This document shows, piece by piece, positions 38,122 to 46,731 of a stretch of DNA of 64,000 nt. Position 1 is the first letter of the stretch. Each line of letters starts with the position of its first letter. The DNA comes from a virus, in IMG/VR virus record IMGVR_UViG_3300044742_000149, positions 4,005-68,004 of that record. The stretch is one strand, 5' to 3'. A model generated the notes under the pieces. That model searched no databases. It was not told where the DNA came from and saw nothing but the letters and a program-made list of their open reading frames with translations. The position numbers and the translations under genes were made by a program.

Positions 38122-38298
38122 TCATGGCAAAGCCTTGAGAGTGTCGAGCACGTTCCGGTAGGCGTCACGCGCGCCGCGGCGGTAGGCCAGAGTCTCGGCG
38201 GTGTCGCCGTTCTCGGGCAGCGCCAGGAACGGCGGTTCCAGTTCCGAGATAGCCTTCTCCAGGCCCTCGATGATCGCGGCGGTGATAGCGTCAGTCAT
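38122..38298 (-). CDS. Hypothetical protein
   Basis: RBS GGAGGAG before ATG at 38298. Confidence 0.55.
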   Translation of the reverse strand: MTDAITAAIIEGLEKAISELEPPFLALPENGDTAETLAYRRGARDAYRNVLDTLKALP

Positions 38299-38418
38299 GG
38301 GCACTCCTCCCGTCCCGACAGTCCCGATTCCCGTTCGTCGTAATTCTGGCTTCCCATTCCATGACGCCTCCATCGCATTGCCATTCCCAGCTTTCCCAGG
38401 GTGGGAAGGCTGGGAAAG

Positions 38419-38892
38419 CTAACTAACACCAGCGTTCCCCATTCCCCGTGTCCTGCCCGCGAGCCATTCCTGAGCAGCCTTTTTCGTTCGCTCCGCCGCG
38501 ATCCGCGCCAAGGAGACCCGTGCGTCACTCGAATCGGGCGCAGTAAGGAAGAAAAGATTCTCCTGTGTAGCTACTCCGAATTGTTTTCCGTTAGGCGGTT
38601 TTCCTGGGTTTTCGATCAACAGCGTGTAGAGGTTGGAGGTCCGCTCGGTACCCCACGAGGCCGGTTTGCGGCGCGCTATCCATCCGACGATGCCCAGGCC
38701 CCTCGCCGCCTTCAGGGCGTTCCCGACGGTCTTGGCGCAGCACTTCGCTCGTTTGGCGATCGCCTCGTGTGACGGGAAAATCCCGCCGCGGCCGCGAAAT
38801 TTTGCCAGACAAAGTAGCACATCGCGGAAGGCCCGGGTGAGTTCGCCGGTCCTGAACAACGCCCATATCTTGTTTTCCCACGTATTTCCCAT
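38419..38892 (-). CDS. Winged-HTH replication-initiator-like protein
   Basis: LT......LL.L......G.IFPSHEAIA..A.C..KTV..ALK.....G.V.W..R......RTSN.Y.L. Confidence 0.75.
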   Translation of the reverse strand: MGNTWENKIWALFRTGELTRAFRDVLLCLAKFRGRGGIFPSHEAIAKRAKCCAKTVGNALKAARGLGIVGWIARRKPASWGTERTSNLYTLLIENPGKPPNGKQFGVATQENLFFLTAPDSSDARVSLARIAAERTKKAAQEWLAGRTRGMGNAGVS

Positions 38893-39086
38893 GTCTTCCC
38901 CCTTGGCGAGGGCGGCACGGAGGGCGCGTCGCAACTGTTGCAACGGGCTTGCATTCCAAAACATTTTGTAGGAGGGTCAGGACAACACAGCTACCAACTG
39001 TTGTTTGACCCATCCGGGTTTGTGTTTTGGCGGTGCCCCTCGGTGCCGCCATTCGCATTTTTACCTCATGTCAATCTCCAGCGAGT

Positions 39087-39108
39087 CGGCGGGAGTTCCG
39101 CCGCTTTT
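39087..39108 (+). terminator. Intrinsic terminator, antisense to the rep-like gene leader
   Basis: CGGCGG-GAGTT-CCGCCG followed by CTTTT. Confidence 0.5.
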
Positions 39109-39295
39109 CGGCCATTGTTACGCTGCGGGCTTTGTAACAGGCATGTCAAGACCGCATTGCTCAACGCCTCTGACATCTGTATTCCGATGGCGCGAGGCGG
39201 CGCGGATTCCAGCCGAATACCAGCTCGAAAAACGCCTCAAGATCGTCCATGAGCAGACCGCGCTTCGACCTCGGGGGTGAGTTTGTCGAACGCCA

Positions 39296-39493
39296 TCAGA
39301 ACACTTTGAATATGCTTTTTTCGATGGTCTTGCCGCACCGCATACAACGGCGGCGCTGGTAAAGTGAACCATCGTAGTTAGCCTCCCACATCGTCCAACG
39401 GTGGAACCAGAGCCAGCATTTCTCGGCTCGTGGCGAGTATATTTCGCGGGCGGCTTCCTTGGCGAGACGCCGTAGGTCATTTACCGGGGTCAT
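39296..39493 (-). CDS. Small Cys/His (Zn-binding) protein
   Basis: RBS GGAGG; C....H.W..W...Q.R.C.RCG. Confidence 0.6.
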   Translation of the reverse strand: MTPVNDLRRLAKEAAREIYSPRAEKCWLWFHRWTMWEANYDGSLYQRRRCMRCGKTIEKSIFKVF

Positions 39494-39580
39494 ATTTCCT
39501 CCACGGCCAGCATCCAAGGCACCCACGCGACCGATGGTGCCTGATGCGGTATCCTATCGCCGCTTGCATCTCGGAGCGGG

Positions 39581-40021
39581 TCATACTTCCCCCACCTGCG
39601 CGTCTGACTTCTTACCCCTCCTAGTCTGACCGCCCCGCTTCAGGGCTTTGAGCCTTCCACGCACGAGGTCATACCCGAGCTTCCGCACGTCCTCTGGCAG
39701 GGGGTCGCCGCTAACCTCCTGGAGATCCCGCGCGATGGCGATCACCCCCTTGATTTCCTCCAGGTCGGCCTTCGGGTCTGACGGTGTGACCGGCTGGTCC
39801 GCCACGACGGTCACGCGGGTTTGTTGGCGGTTTTGCTGGATTATCGCCGGTATGTTGCGCTCGAACCATTTACCGATAGGCAGACCATCCCGGTCGGCGG
39901 CGGAGATGGCGGCGTTGCGGATTTCGATCGGAATGCCCTTGATCGTCCACGGCTTGATCCGGTCCGACTGGTCCGATTCTGGCGCGGCAAAGTCTGCCTC
40001 CGGAATTACCTGCACATCCAT
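39581..40021 (-). CDS. Ribbon-helix-helix-like DNA-binding protein
   Basis: KPWTIKGIP.E.R.AA..AA.RDG..IG.W, resembling the PWSVKG..RHH-like module at the PodJ N-terminus; RBS GGGGAGG. Confidence 0.65.
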   Translation of the reverse strand: MDVQVIPEADFAAPESDQSDRIKPWTIKGIPIEIRNAAISAADRDGLPIGKWFERNIPAIIQQNRQQTRVTVVADQPVTPSDPKADLEEIKGVIAIARDLQEVSGDPLPEDVRKLGYDLVRGRLKALKRGGQTRRGKKSDAQVGEV

Positions 40022-40052
40022 GGTCTGACTTTCCTCCCCGAAAGTCTGACCG
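39602..40052. repeat. GTCTGAC repeat cluster (5 exact copies plus variants)
   Basis: GTCTGAC at 39602, 39624, 39776, 40023, 40044; GTCCGAC at 39962; GTCCGAT at 39971. Confidence 0.85.
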
Positions 40053-40148
40053 ATGCCCCGATTCGGTCTTCCTGACAACAAGTTGTTTGGACCATGCGTC
40101 CCCCACGAATCGCTATTCCGGAATTAGTGGCGGATCAGCAACAGCGGG

Positions 40149-40304
40149 TCACTCATCGCGTGCTCCTCCGGGTTCCAACTTCGGGTAGGCGTAGCCGATG
40201 CCGATGGCGAGAGCTTCGGCGCGGGCGTATTCGCGCATCTTCTCGGGGAAGATATGGCGCTCCATCGCATCCAGCATGGCGCGCGATCCTCCAGATGGCG
40301 TCAT
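40149..40304 (-). CDS. Hypothetical small protein
   Basis: Start directly adjoins the upstream gene end. Confidence 0.4.
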   Translation of the reverse strand: MTPSGGSRAMLDAMERHIFPEKMREYARAEALAIGIGYAYPKLEPGGARDE

Positions 40305-40528
40305 GTCACACCCCCACCAACACCCCGCTCCATCTCCCGTAGCACCAGCCACGTTATGACCGCGGCATGATGATCCCTGCCACGCGCCCGTTCCATGGCG
40401 TCGCGCAGCGCCGCCGGGTCGCCGTCGAACGTCCCATCGGCGTGCAGCGTGAACCTCACCGCGTCGTCTCCGGTGCCAAAAACGATTTTGACCGGGAACG
40501 TCGGCTCGCCGCTGAAGAAGCTGGTCAT
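40301..40528 (-). CDS. Hypothetical protein
   Basis: ATG at 40528 coupled to upstream stop. Confidence 0.5.
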   Translation of the reverse strand: MTSFFSGEPTFPVKIVFGTGDDAVRFTLHADGTFDGDPAALRDAMERARGRDHHAAVITWLVLREMERGVGGGVT

Positions 40529-40770
40529 CACACCCCCACCAGAACCAAACCCTTCGCCGCGCGCGTGCTGCCCGTGTAAAGCAGCCGCCGCACCTCCAGC
40601 GGGTTGTCGGCCATCCGCGCCCGCGTGTTGGGAATGTCCAGAAACACCCATTGGAACGTCGATCCCTGGCTGGCATGCAGGGTCATCGCATAGATGCTCT
40701 GGGCGCGGATGAACGACGCGGTGAACTCGTGCAGCCGCGCGGCGGCGAGGGGGATCGTGGCTTCGGTCAT
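40528..40770 (-). pseudogene. Stand-alone C-terminal fragment of an SF1B (RecD/Dda-like) helicase
   Basis: YAMTLHASQGSTF..VF.D and RRLLYTG.TRA (motifs V and VI) with no Walker A/B part. Confidence 0.7.
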
Positions 40771-40962
40771 GCCGTGACCCTCCATTGCATCAGAGCCTCC
40801 GCGAGCAAATCTCGCTCCTCGACTGTCAGGGTTGACCAGGGCGGCGTGACGACCCGATCCTTTCCACGCTTGGCGGCGTATCGGTTGCAGATAGGCTCAC
40901 GGTCCAACCGTTGCGCAGCCGAAGCCAGCATGTATCATTTATGTAGCCCGCCGCGTTCGCGC

Positions 40963-41220
40963 TCACCTCCTCCTCCTCCCGCGCCTGGGGGCAGGGGAGG
41001 GCGCTTTAGCGATGCCTGGCATTCGCAGCCCGTCAAGCCGGGCGTGCGCCAGGCAGCACCAGCCCAGCAGCCCGTCGTCGGCGGAGAGCGCCGTCACCGT
41101 GACGACGGGTGCGTCGCACCAGCGGCAGTCCATCAGCGCCAAGCAGGGCGTCTGGAACACGGTGCGGACGGTGCCACTCATCGTGTGGACCCCGCGATCG
41201 GCGAAGTCGCCGCCGGTCAC
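40963..41220 (-). CDS. Hypothetical Cys-containing protein
   Basis: GTGA coupling; CRWC...WCC..H. Confidence 0.45.
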   Translation of the reverse strand: MTGGDFADRGVHTMSGTVRTVFQTPCLALMDCRWCDAPVVTVTALSADDGLLGWCCLAHARLDGLRMPGIAKAPSPAPRRGRRRR

Positions 41221-41555
41221 CGCCTGGGCCTCCGGGGCGGCACGGTGACGGGGACCACATCGTCGGCCACACGTTTCAGCGCGGCGGCGAAGTCGTGGAC
41301 CCAGGCCAATTGAGCCGCGGTTTGCCGGCTCCGGTTTGCGACAATGTAGAGGGCCAACAGCCCTATCGCCGGCTCATGCCGAAAGAGCGTCTCCGACAAT
41401 TCTCGGACCGCGTCGCCGATCGTCTGCTCCCGTTCCGTTGCCCACATGCGAGCGGCGTTGTCCCAGAGGCCCGCCCAGGTGTGTTCCTCGACAGCATCTT
41501 GAGGGAAGTCTTTGGCCAGTTTCGCGAACATCGCGAGCGCTTCTTTGTAGGCCAT
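41217..41555 (-). CDS. Hypothetical protein
   Basis: RBS AGGAGGAG. Confidence 0.6.
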   Translation of the reverse strand: MAYKEALAMFAKLAKDFPQDAVEEHTWAGLWDNAARMWATEREQTIGDAVRELSETLFRHEPAIGLLALYIVANRSRQTAAQLAWVHDFAAALKRVADDVVPVTVPPRRPRR

Positions 41556-41831
41556 TCACTCCTCCTGTGCGGTGCGTTGCCCCCGCTTGGTCGGCTTGGC
41601 TGGTTGTGGTGGCGCGCGATCCACGGCCACAACCACCTCGGCGGCGGGCCAGTAGATCCGGCCCTTGCGCGGGGCGTCGGCCAGCAGCGGCTCACCGTTC
41701 AGTTCCTCGATCACCTGGAGCGCCTCGATGCCACGTTCCTCCAGCGCATCCCGAAGGTGATCCCGTATCTGCGTGACATGCAGCGCGTCGTCGGCGGGAA
41801 ACCTGACCGTCAGTCGCACCATCTTTGTCAC
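41556..41831 (-). CDS. Hypothetical protein
   Basis: GTG at 41831 overlaps upstream TGA; RBS GAGGAG. Confidence 0.55.
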   Translation of the reverse strand: MTKMVRLTVRFPADDALHVTQIRDHLRDALEERGIEALQVIEELNGEPLLADAPRKGRIYWPAAEVVVAVDRAPPQPAKPTKRGQRTAQEE

Positions 41832-42982
41832 AACGGTAGCTCCTCGGTTTGCTCGGTGGGCTGTTGAGTGGGCGCGCCCGACGGCGAATTGCGCTGCACG
41901 CTGGCGTCGATCGCGGGCTTGAGCCTCGTCCGGTAGAGGTCCCGTTGGTTGTTTCGCAGCCATTCGATGCGGGTCCGCATTTCCGCGTCATCGACGATCG
42001 CGAGATGCGCCTGGAGATCCGGCGTGCCGAGAAACCGCTCGACCATACTATCCACCCAAGCGATCATCTTTGGATCGGGTCCGGATGACGCTGCTCCATC
42101 GGGTGGTGGGGTCACCTCCTCATCGGGCGGTCCGGACGCATAATCTGGCGCATAATCCGGTGACCCATCCGGTGCCTCCTCGGTCGGCACATCGCCGCGC
42201 GAGGTCCGTTGTCGGGCGGGGCGTGTGGCGATGGGAGCTACGGTATCGCCCCTGGCCCAGGCAGCGATGCGCTCGCCGGTCGCCTCGTCCAGCGGCGCGG
42301 TGAGGTCGATCATGTGATCCAACTTGTCGAGCCGCTTCAGCCACGTCGGCACGCCAGGGTTCTTCGCGTCGAGCAAGAAGCTGCACGTCATCGCGAACGG
42401 GATGTCGGGCGCGCAAACCGGCGTCGGCGTGGCGTCGGGGTTTGGCACCATCTTGCCGCGCCGGTCCTTGATCAGGTCCAGCTTCTTTTCGGCGTGGCAA
42501 CACAACACGATGTGCGCGTTCAATTGCCAGAGACGCTGGAGCAAATGCTTATGCTCCATCTTCGGCTTGATCCACGCGGCGTATTTGAGAGCTTCCTGCT
42601 TGGAGAGATCACCCTTCGTCATCCGATTCAGTTCGTCATTGAACATGTCCAGAACGCCACCGGGGCCGACATGTTCATGGCTGAATGAGTCACAGACCCA
42701 GACCGAGTGACCCGCGCGCTGCGAGGCCACCGCGGCCGCCTCGAACCGCTTCGGCGTGAACGGTTCCTTCAATTCCCCGTGCAGGAAACTGAACTCGTCG
42801 GCGTAATAAAGTGCGCGGCCATGTTCGGTGTCGCAGAAGCCAATAAGCTTACCGCCAGCGAGACCGGTGGCCAGACGCAGCGCGGACTTCGTCTTGCCCG
42901 AACCCGACGGTCCCGCGAGCATGATCAGAACGCCGACATTGCCTCGTTTCGCTGGGGAATAGATGAGGTCGCCGTCAGCCAC
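41828..42982 (-). CDS. AAA-type P-loop ATPase (Sak4-like recombination/annealing protein)
   Basis: GPSGSGKT Walker A, DTE.GR...YAD.F, DSFSHEH.G.GG.L; GTG at 42982; next to RecE-like nuclease. Confidence 0.85.
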   Translation of the reverse strand: MADGDLIYSPAKRGNVGVLIMLAGPSGSGKTKSALRLATGLAGGKLIGFCDTEHGRALYYADEFSFLHGELKEPFTPKRFEAAAVASQRAGHSVWVCDSFSHEHVGPGGVLDMFNDELNRMTKGDLSKQEALKYAAWIKPKMEHKHLLQRLWQLNAHIVLCCHAEKKLDLIKDRRGKMVPNPDATPTPVCAPDIPFAMTCSFLLDAKNPGVPTWLKRLDKLDHMIDLTAPLDEATGERIAAWARGDTVAPIATRPARQRTSRGDVPTEEAPDGSPDYAPDYASGPPDEEVTPPPDGAASSGPDPKMIAWVDSMVERFLGTPDLQAHLAIVDDAEMRTRIEWLRNNQRDLYRTRLKPAIDASVQRNSPSGAPTQQPTEQTEELPL

Positions 42983-43172
42983 ACCGACGCTCCACCTCGG
43001 CCAAGAGCAACTGAGCTTCCTCAACACACGTTGACATCTCCCCCTTGACGATCGGCTGGCCGCGCACCGCGACGATCCGGGCGCCAAGCAGGATGGTGGC
43101 CATGATTGCCAGCATCATCTCCCGGTCCAGAGGAGCGATCTCGACGTTGTCGTTGACCAGGTCCATCGTCAT
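42975..43172 (-). CDS. Hypothetical small protein
   Basis: ATGA-coupled; RBS GGGAGG. Confidence 0.5.
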   Translation of the reverse strand: MTMDLVNDNVEIAPLDREMMLAIMATILLGARIVAVRGQPIVKGEMSTCVEEAQLLLAEVERRCG

Positions 43173-44104
43173 CCTCCCAGGTTTCCCGTGTCGAGCATCA
43201 TCTTCACGGCGGCGTTGTCCGCTTCCGACCGCACGCGGCCACGACCGGATTGCCGTTGCCACATCCGTTCTTTTAGTTTCCACGGTGGAATGTCGATCCA
43301 TTCTACGTCGTCGGGATAAGCCGGCCACTCGTCGGTCTCGCGGCAGCGTTGCCACAGCGCGATGGCGTCGTGAATTTCTTCGTTCGCGTCATCGAGCGCG
43401 GCGGGCGTGTACTCAAATACGCGAATGCCATATGGCGGCTTCGTTTCGATCACGCAGAACCGCATTCCCTCTGGCGGTTCGCCGCGCACGCACTCAGCGC
43501 CACGAGGGTAGTAGGCCGCTTGCATGTCATAACCGAATGCCGACCGGGCGAACGTGTCGGCGGAAGCGAGGCCGCTCGTCGTCTTCAGATCCCAGAGAAA
43601 AGCGCCGGGTTCATCAGGCAGCCAGTCGACCTTGCAGCGGCCCCACTCGTTTCCCTCAGTCCATATCAGGGTCTGTTCGGGTTTGCCGGCGGTGAACGCA
43701 CCCGTGCGCAGCCGGAACCGTTCCAGCTCGTCGACGACGCGACGGACACCCTCATAGCTGGTCAGCTTGAGTGGGATTTTTCCCTCCGCGATGGCGGCTT
43801 CGCGCATCTCCTTGGCTTTGTTCGTTCTGAAGTCGGTTACGTTCAGGACGCGGACGCGGTCCTCTCCCTGGAGAAACATCGCGTGGGCCACGGTCCCGAC
43901 GTCCTGCGCGTCGGTAGAGTCCCACTCCGCATCCGGTGCGCCGCCGAGCCGTGGGTGCGCGGCCCAGGCGTGGCGCGGAGAGACCAGCATCAGGCGAGCG
44001 GTCGTGTTGTTGAGTGAAGGCACGACGACCGGGTCAGCGAGGTAGGCCGGATCGCTGATCTGGTAGATGCCCGGCTGATCGATACGTGGGGCGGTCTCGC
44101 TCAT
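43169..44104 (-). CDS. RecE-like PD-(D/E)XK exonuclease (DUF3799-like)
   Basis: PGIY.I....Y.ADP, SP.H, GT.AH...L, PEQTL.W, RCKVDWL, DLKTT, YD.QAAYY. Confidence 0.88.
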   Translation of the reverse strand: MSETAPRIDQPGIYQISDPAYLADPVVVPSLNNTTARLMLVSPRHAWAAHPRLGGAPDAEWDSTDAQDVGTVAHAMFLQGEDRVRVLNVTDFRTNKAKEMREAAIAEGKIPLKLTSYEGVRRVVDELERFRLRTGAFTAGKPEQTLIWTEGNEWGRCKVDWLPDEPGAFLWDLKTTSGLASADTFARSAFGYDMQAAYYPRGAECVRGEPPEGMRFCVIETKPPYGIRVFEYTPAALDDANEEIHDAIALWQRCRETDEWPAYPDDVEWIDIPPWKLKERMWQRQSGRGRVRSEADNAAVKMMLDTGNLGG

Positions 44105-45468
44105 GGCGTGGCCTCTTGTGGGGCGCGCTTACGAACCCTGCCGGCGACAAGTTCGATCCCGGTCGGGCTGTCGGAGCCAACGCGCTCCAGCCAGACCTGA
44201 TACCCACGCTCCCGCGCCATCTGCCTGACGAGTTCCATCCCATCAGAGTCCAGCAATGAACCGTCACGAACCCGGATCACCTTCAGCCGCGGGTTCAATG
44301 CCATTGCCAGGGCGATGCTGGTACGGAGTTGCTCAGCGTCGGAGGCCTGATCGAACGGTAGATCGTTGAGCCGCACACCGCCCTCGGTGGTGAGCGTAAG
44401 GCCTGGGATTGGCATCTCGGCCGCGGCGATCTTCGCGTCCGCCTCATGCCTGCGAGCCGCCATCGCGTCAGTCAGAGCCTTCGCCTCGCCGTCCAGGCGC
44501 TTGGCCTCGACCTCTGCTTCACGACGTTGCCGTGCCACATCGATCCGCGTGTTGATACCGCGCGCCTGGTTCACTTTGTTCAGTATCAGGTTGGTGTCCA
44601 CGATTTCCGGCAGCGGCGGGGCGTCGTGCAATTTCTGTCGGAGTTCCTCGGCGTCCAACCGGAGCAGTTCAGCGGCGGCGCCTGTCTCACTGGCCTTCTT
44701 GGCCAGGGCGTGTGCTTCGGCGAGCATTTCCTCGGCCCGCCGCAGCTTGACCTCAATCTCTGTCTCCACGTTCTCGCGACGGACGCGCCTTGTCTCTGTC
44801 TCGGTGTTCAGCTTCCCCGCCGCGATGAATTCCTGCTCCATGGCTCCGAGATCGATCGGAGCCTCGGGCAGTTCGTGTTCACCAGGGACAACGAATTTGG
44901 CGATCAGACCTTTGAGTTGTCGCACTTGCGTATTGAGATCGCGACGCGCGTTGAAGTCGGCGTTGTTCGCCATCTCGATCGCTTCGAAGTCGACATCAGG
45001 AACGAACTGGCGCAGCAGCGCGAACTGCTCCTTCTGGTCCATTCTCAGAAACCCCAGCGGATCGAGGCTCAACTTATTAAAAAAGCTGTCTACGAGTTCC
45101 TGCGGGCGCCGATATTCAGCACCGGCCGCGTTGCGAACGGACAACGAGGTCGTGACACCACTCGCGCCCTGGCTGATATTTCGACGCACGACGAATTCGC
45201 CGAGGTCGATCTGACAGAATCCTTCGTCGGCGCCGCGGCGGATCGGCTCGGCGGCGATCTCCCTCGACCCGGCGAGGGTCCAGAACAGCGCGTCGAGCAC
45301 GCTGGTCTTGCCGCTGCCGTTCTTGCCGGTGAGTTCCACTATCTCCCCGTCGGGGCGGATGTGGACGACCTCGAGCCGCTTGATATTTTCGGCAATGAAT
45401 TCCACAATTCTCATGCCGCCCGCCTCTGCTGGAGGCTGCCCGGCATCATCCCTCGAAATGTCAGCCAT
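44101..45468 (-). CDS. SMC/Rad50-like coiled-coil ATPase
   Basis: ENIKRL, GKNGSGKTSVLDA, long coiled coil, QAS.AEQLR, VIRVRDGSLLD. Confidence 0.85.
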   Translation of the reverse strand: MADISRDDAGQPPAEAGGMRIVEFIAENIKRLEVVHIRPDGEIVELTGKNGSGKTSVLDALFWTLAGSREIAAEPIRRGADEGFCQIDLGEFVVRRNISQGASGVTTSLSVRNAAGAEYRRPQELVDSFFNKLSLDPLGFLRMDQKEQFALLRQFVPDVDFEAIEMANNADFNARRDLNTQVRQLKGLIAKFVVPGEHELPEAPIDLGAMEQEFIAAGKLNTETETRRVRRENVETEIEVKLRRAEEMLAEAHALAKKASETGAAAELLRLDAEELRQKLHDAPPLPEIVDTNLILNKVNQARGINTRIDVARQRREAEVEAKRLDGEAKALTDAMAARRHEADAKIAAAEMPIPGLTLTTEGGVRLNDLPFDQASDAEQLRTSIALAMALNPRLKVIRVRDGSLLDSDGMELVRQMARERGYQVWLERVGSDSPTGIELVAGRVRKRAPQEATP

Positions 45469-45500
45469 CGTACCTCGCCCCTTTTCAGGGAGGCGATTAA

Positions 45501-45594
45501 GGGACATTATGTCCCCATGGTCAAGAACGCCACGTCCCGGCACGTTCCCGCGTGGATTGCTAAAGGACAATGCCACTTTGGGACGATACGTCAC
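45501..45594. promoter_or_regulatory. Left operator region: three GGGAC-N5-GTCCC sites
   Basis: GGGACATTATGTCCC at 45501, AGAACGCCACGTCCC at 45524, GGGACGATACGTCAC at 45580. Confidence 0.7.
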
Positions 45595-45699
45595 CCTCGC
45601 CGGTCTGGCGCTCGCCGTGTGTTACGTTAAGATTACCGGAGAGGAGTCCGACCGTGCCGTCAGTCTCGTTTACCCCGGCCGGTTCGGATCGGCCTCAAT

Positions 45700-46374
45700 C
45701 TATCCGTTTGACGTCGGACGCGCCCTTTTTCTTGCGGGGGCGATATTGCGTGGCCGGCTGCGTGTGCGATGCCCACTCGGTTTTACGTCCGAAGGTGCGG
45801 ACCCTGGAAGCAGGCCAGGATTACGCCGCAGCAATTCCTCTCCAAACTCAGCGGCGATTCCGTCGAGGATGCCTCGATACAGGAAGTCAAGCCCCACCCG
45901 ATGCTGATCACCGAACTGGCGCGAAAATTGTATCAATGTATCAACCGGGGGTATTGCCGCGCCACTCTCCCAGGACAGCCAGGTAGCAACGTCAACATCC
46001 ATGAGAGCCGCGGTCTTTTCGACTGACGGCTCAAGGATCAGGCGCACCATTCGCAGCCTGTCGCCGACCGAATACTCGCCTTCGGCGAGCCCGCGTCTAT
46101 CTATCAAAGTGTCGTTCCCCGCGACTCGGCCAGCGATCAGCATGTCCAGTGACACGCCGGTCAATTTCTGGATCGCGATAAGAACTTCCATCGGCGCCCC
46201 GAGTTCCGCCCGCTCGTAGCGAGAGTAACGCTCCCGCTTGATCCCGAGCGCGGCCGAGAACGCGGCGATAGAATAATCCGTCACACCTAATTTTGCCCCG
46301 TGGGCATAGCGAAGGGCGCGCAATCGACGCGCCACCGCTGCCAGCACGGCATGATCTCTCGTGCCATTTTCCAT
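45700..46374 (-). CDS. CI-like repressor with two tandem XRE HTH domains
   Basis: RLRALR...FS.ALGI....YSRYER...VSLD.LI.G and GDRLR.VR...A.LM.V...TW..WESG...P...GLDFLY.G; divergent from cro. Confidence 0.85.
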   Translation of the reverse strand: MENGTRDHAVLAAVARRLRALRYAHGAKLGVTDYSIAAFSAALGIKRERYSRYERAELGAPMEVLIAIQKLTGVSLDMLIAGRVAGNDTLIDRRGLAEGEYSVGDRLRMVRLILEPSVEKTAALMDVDVATWLSWESGAAIPPVDTLIQFSRQFGDQHRVGLDFLYRGILDGIAAEFGEELLRRNPGLLPGSAPSDVKPSGHRTRSRPRNIAPARKRARPTSNG

Positions 46375-46389
46375 ATTACGCAGTCATAA

Positions 46390-46450
46390 GGGACCACACG
46401 TCCCCTGTCCGGGGGGGTGTTCGGGCTTGCCTTTGGAGACGCTACGTCCC
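46390..46450. promoter_or_regulatory. Right operator region: two GGGAC-N5-GTCCC sites between repressor and cro
   Basis: GGGACCACACGTCCC at 46390, GAGACGCTACGTCCC at 46436; TTGCCT -35-like at 46427. Confidence 0.72.
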
Positions 46451-46463
46451 AATGTCGCGGGCC

Positions 46464-46706
46464 ATGACGTCCTTCTCAACCCTCCTGGCCCACCACAACG
46501 TGACCGAGGCCGACGTCGCCGCCGCTCTCGGGGTCACCCCGAAAGCCGTGCGGAACTGGCGCAATGGCGCCTACGGGCCGTCGCCGGCCATGGCACGCGC
46601 CATCGAAAAAGAATTCGGCATCCCGAAGCATCTGCTGCGACCGGACATCTGGGACGCGCCAGTCGAACCGAAAAGCAGTCGCCGAAACGAAAAAGAACCC
46701 GCTTAA
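46464..46706 (+). CDS. cro: Cro/YdaS-like HTH regulator
   Basis: VAAALGVTPKAVRNWRNG...PS...A..IE...GIP...LRPDIW. Confidence 0.85.
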   Translation: MTSFSTLLAHHNVTEADVAAALGVTPKAVRNWRNGAYGPSPAMARAIEKEFGIPKHLLRPDIWDAPVEPKSSRRNEKEPA

Positions 46707-46731
46707 TTCCAAACTCGAGGGGCTAAAAATA

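Noticed and set aside
39143-39280. Small plus-strand ORF with a Cro-like VFRW...IP..YQ segment
   Set aside because: Only 45 aa with no clear RBS or complete HTH; possibly a remnant but not supportable
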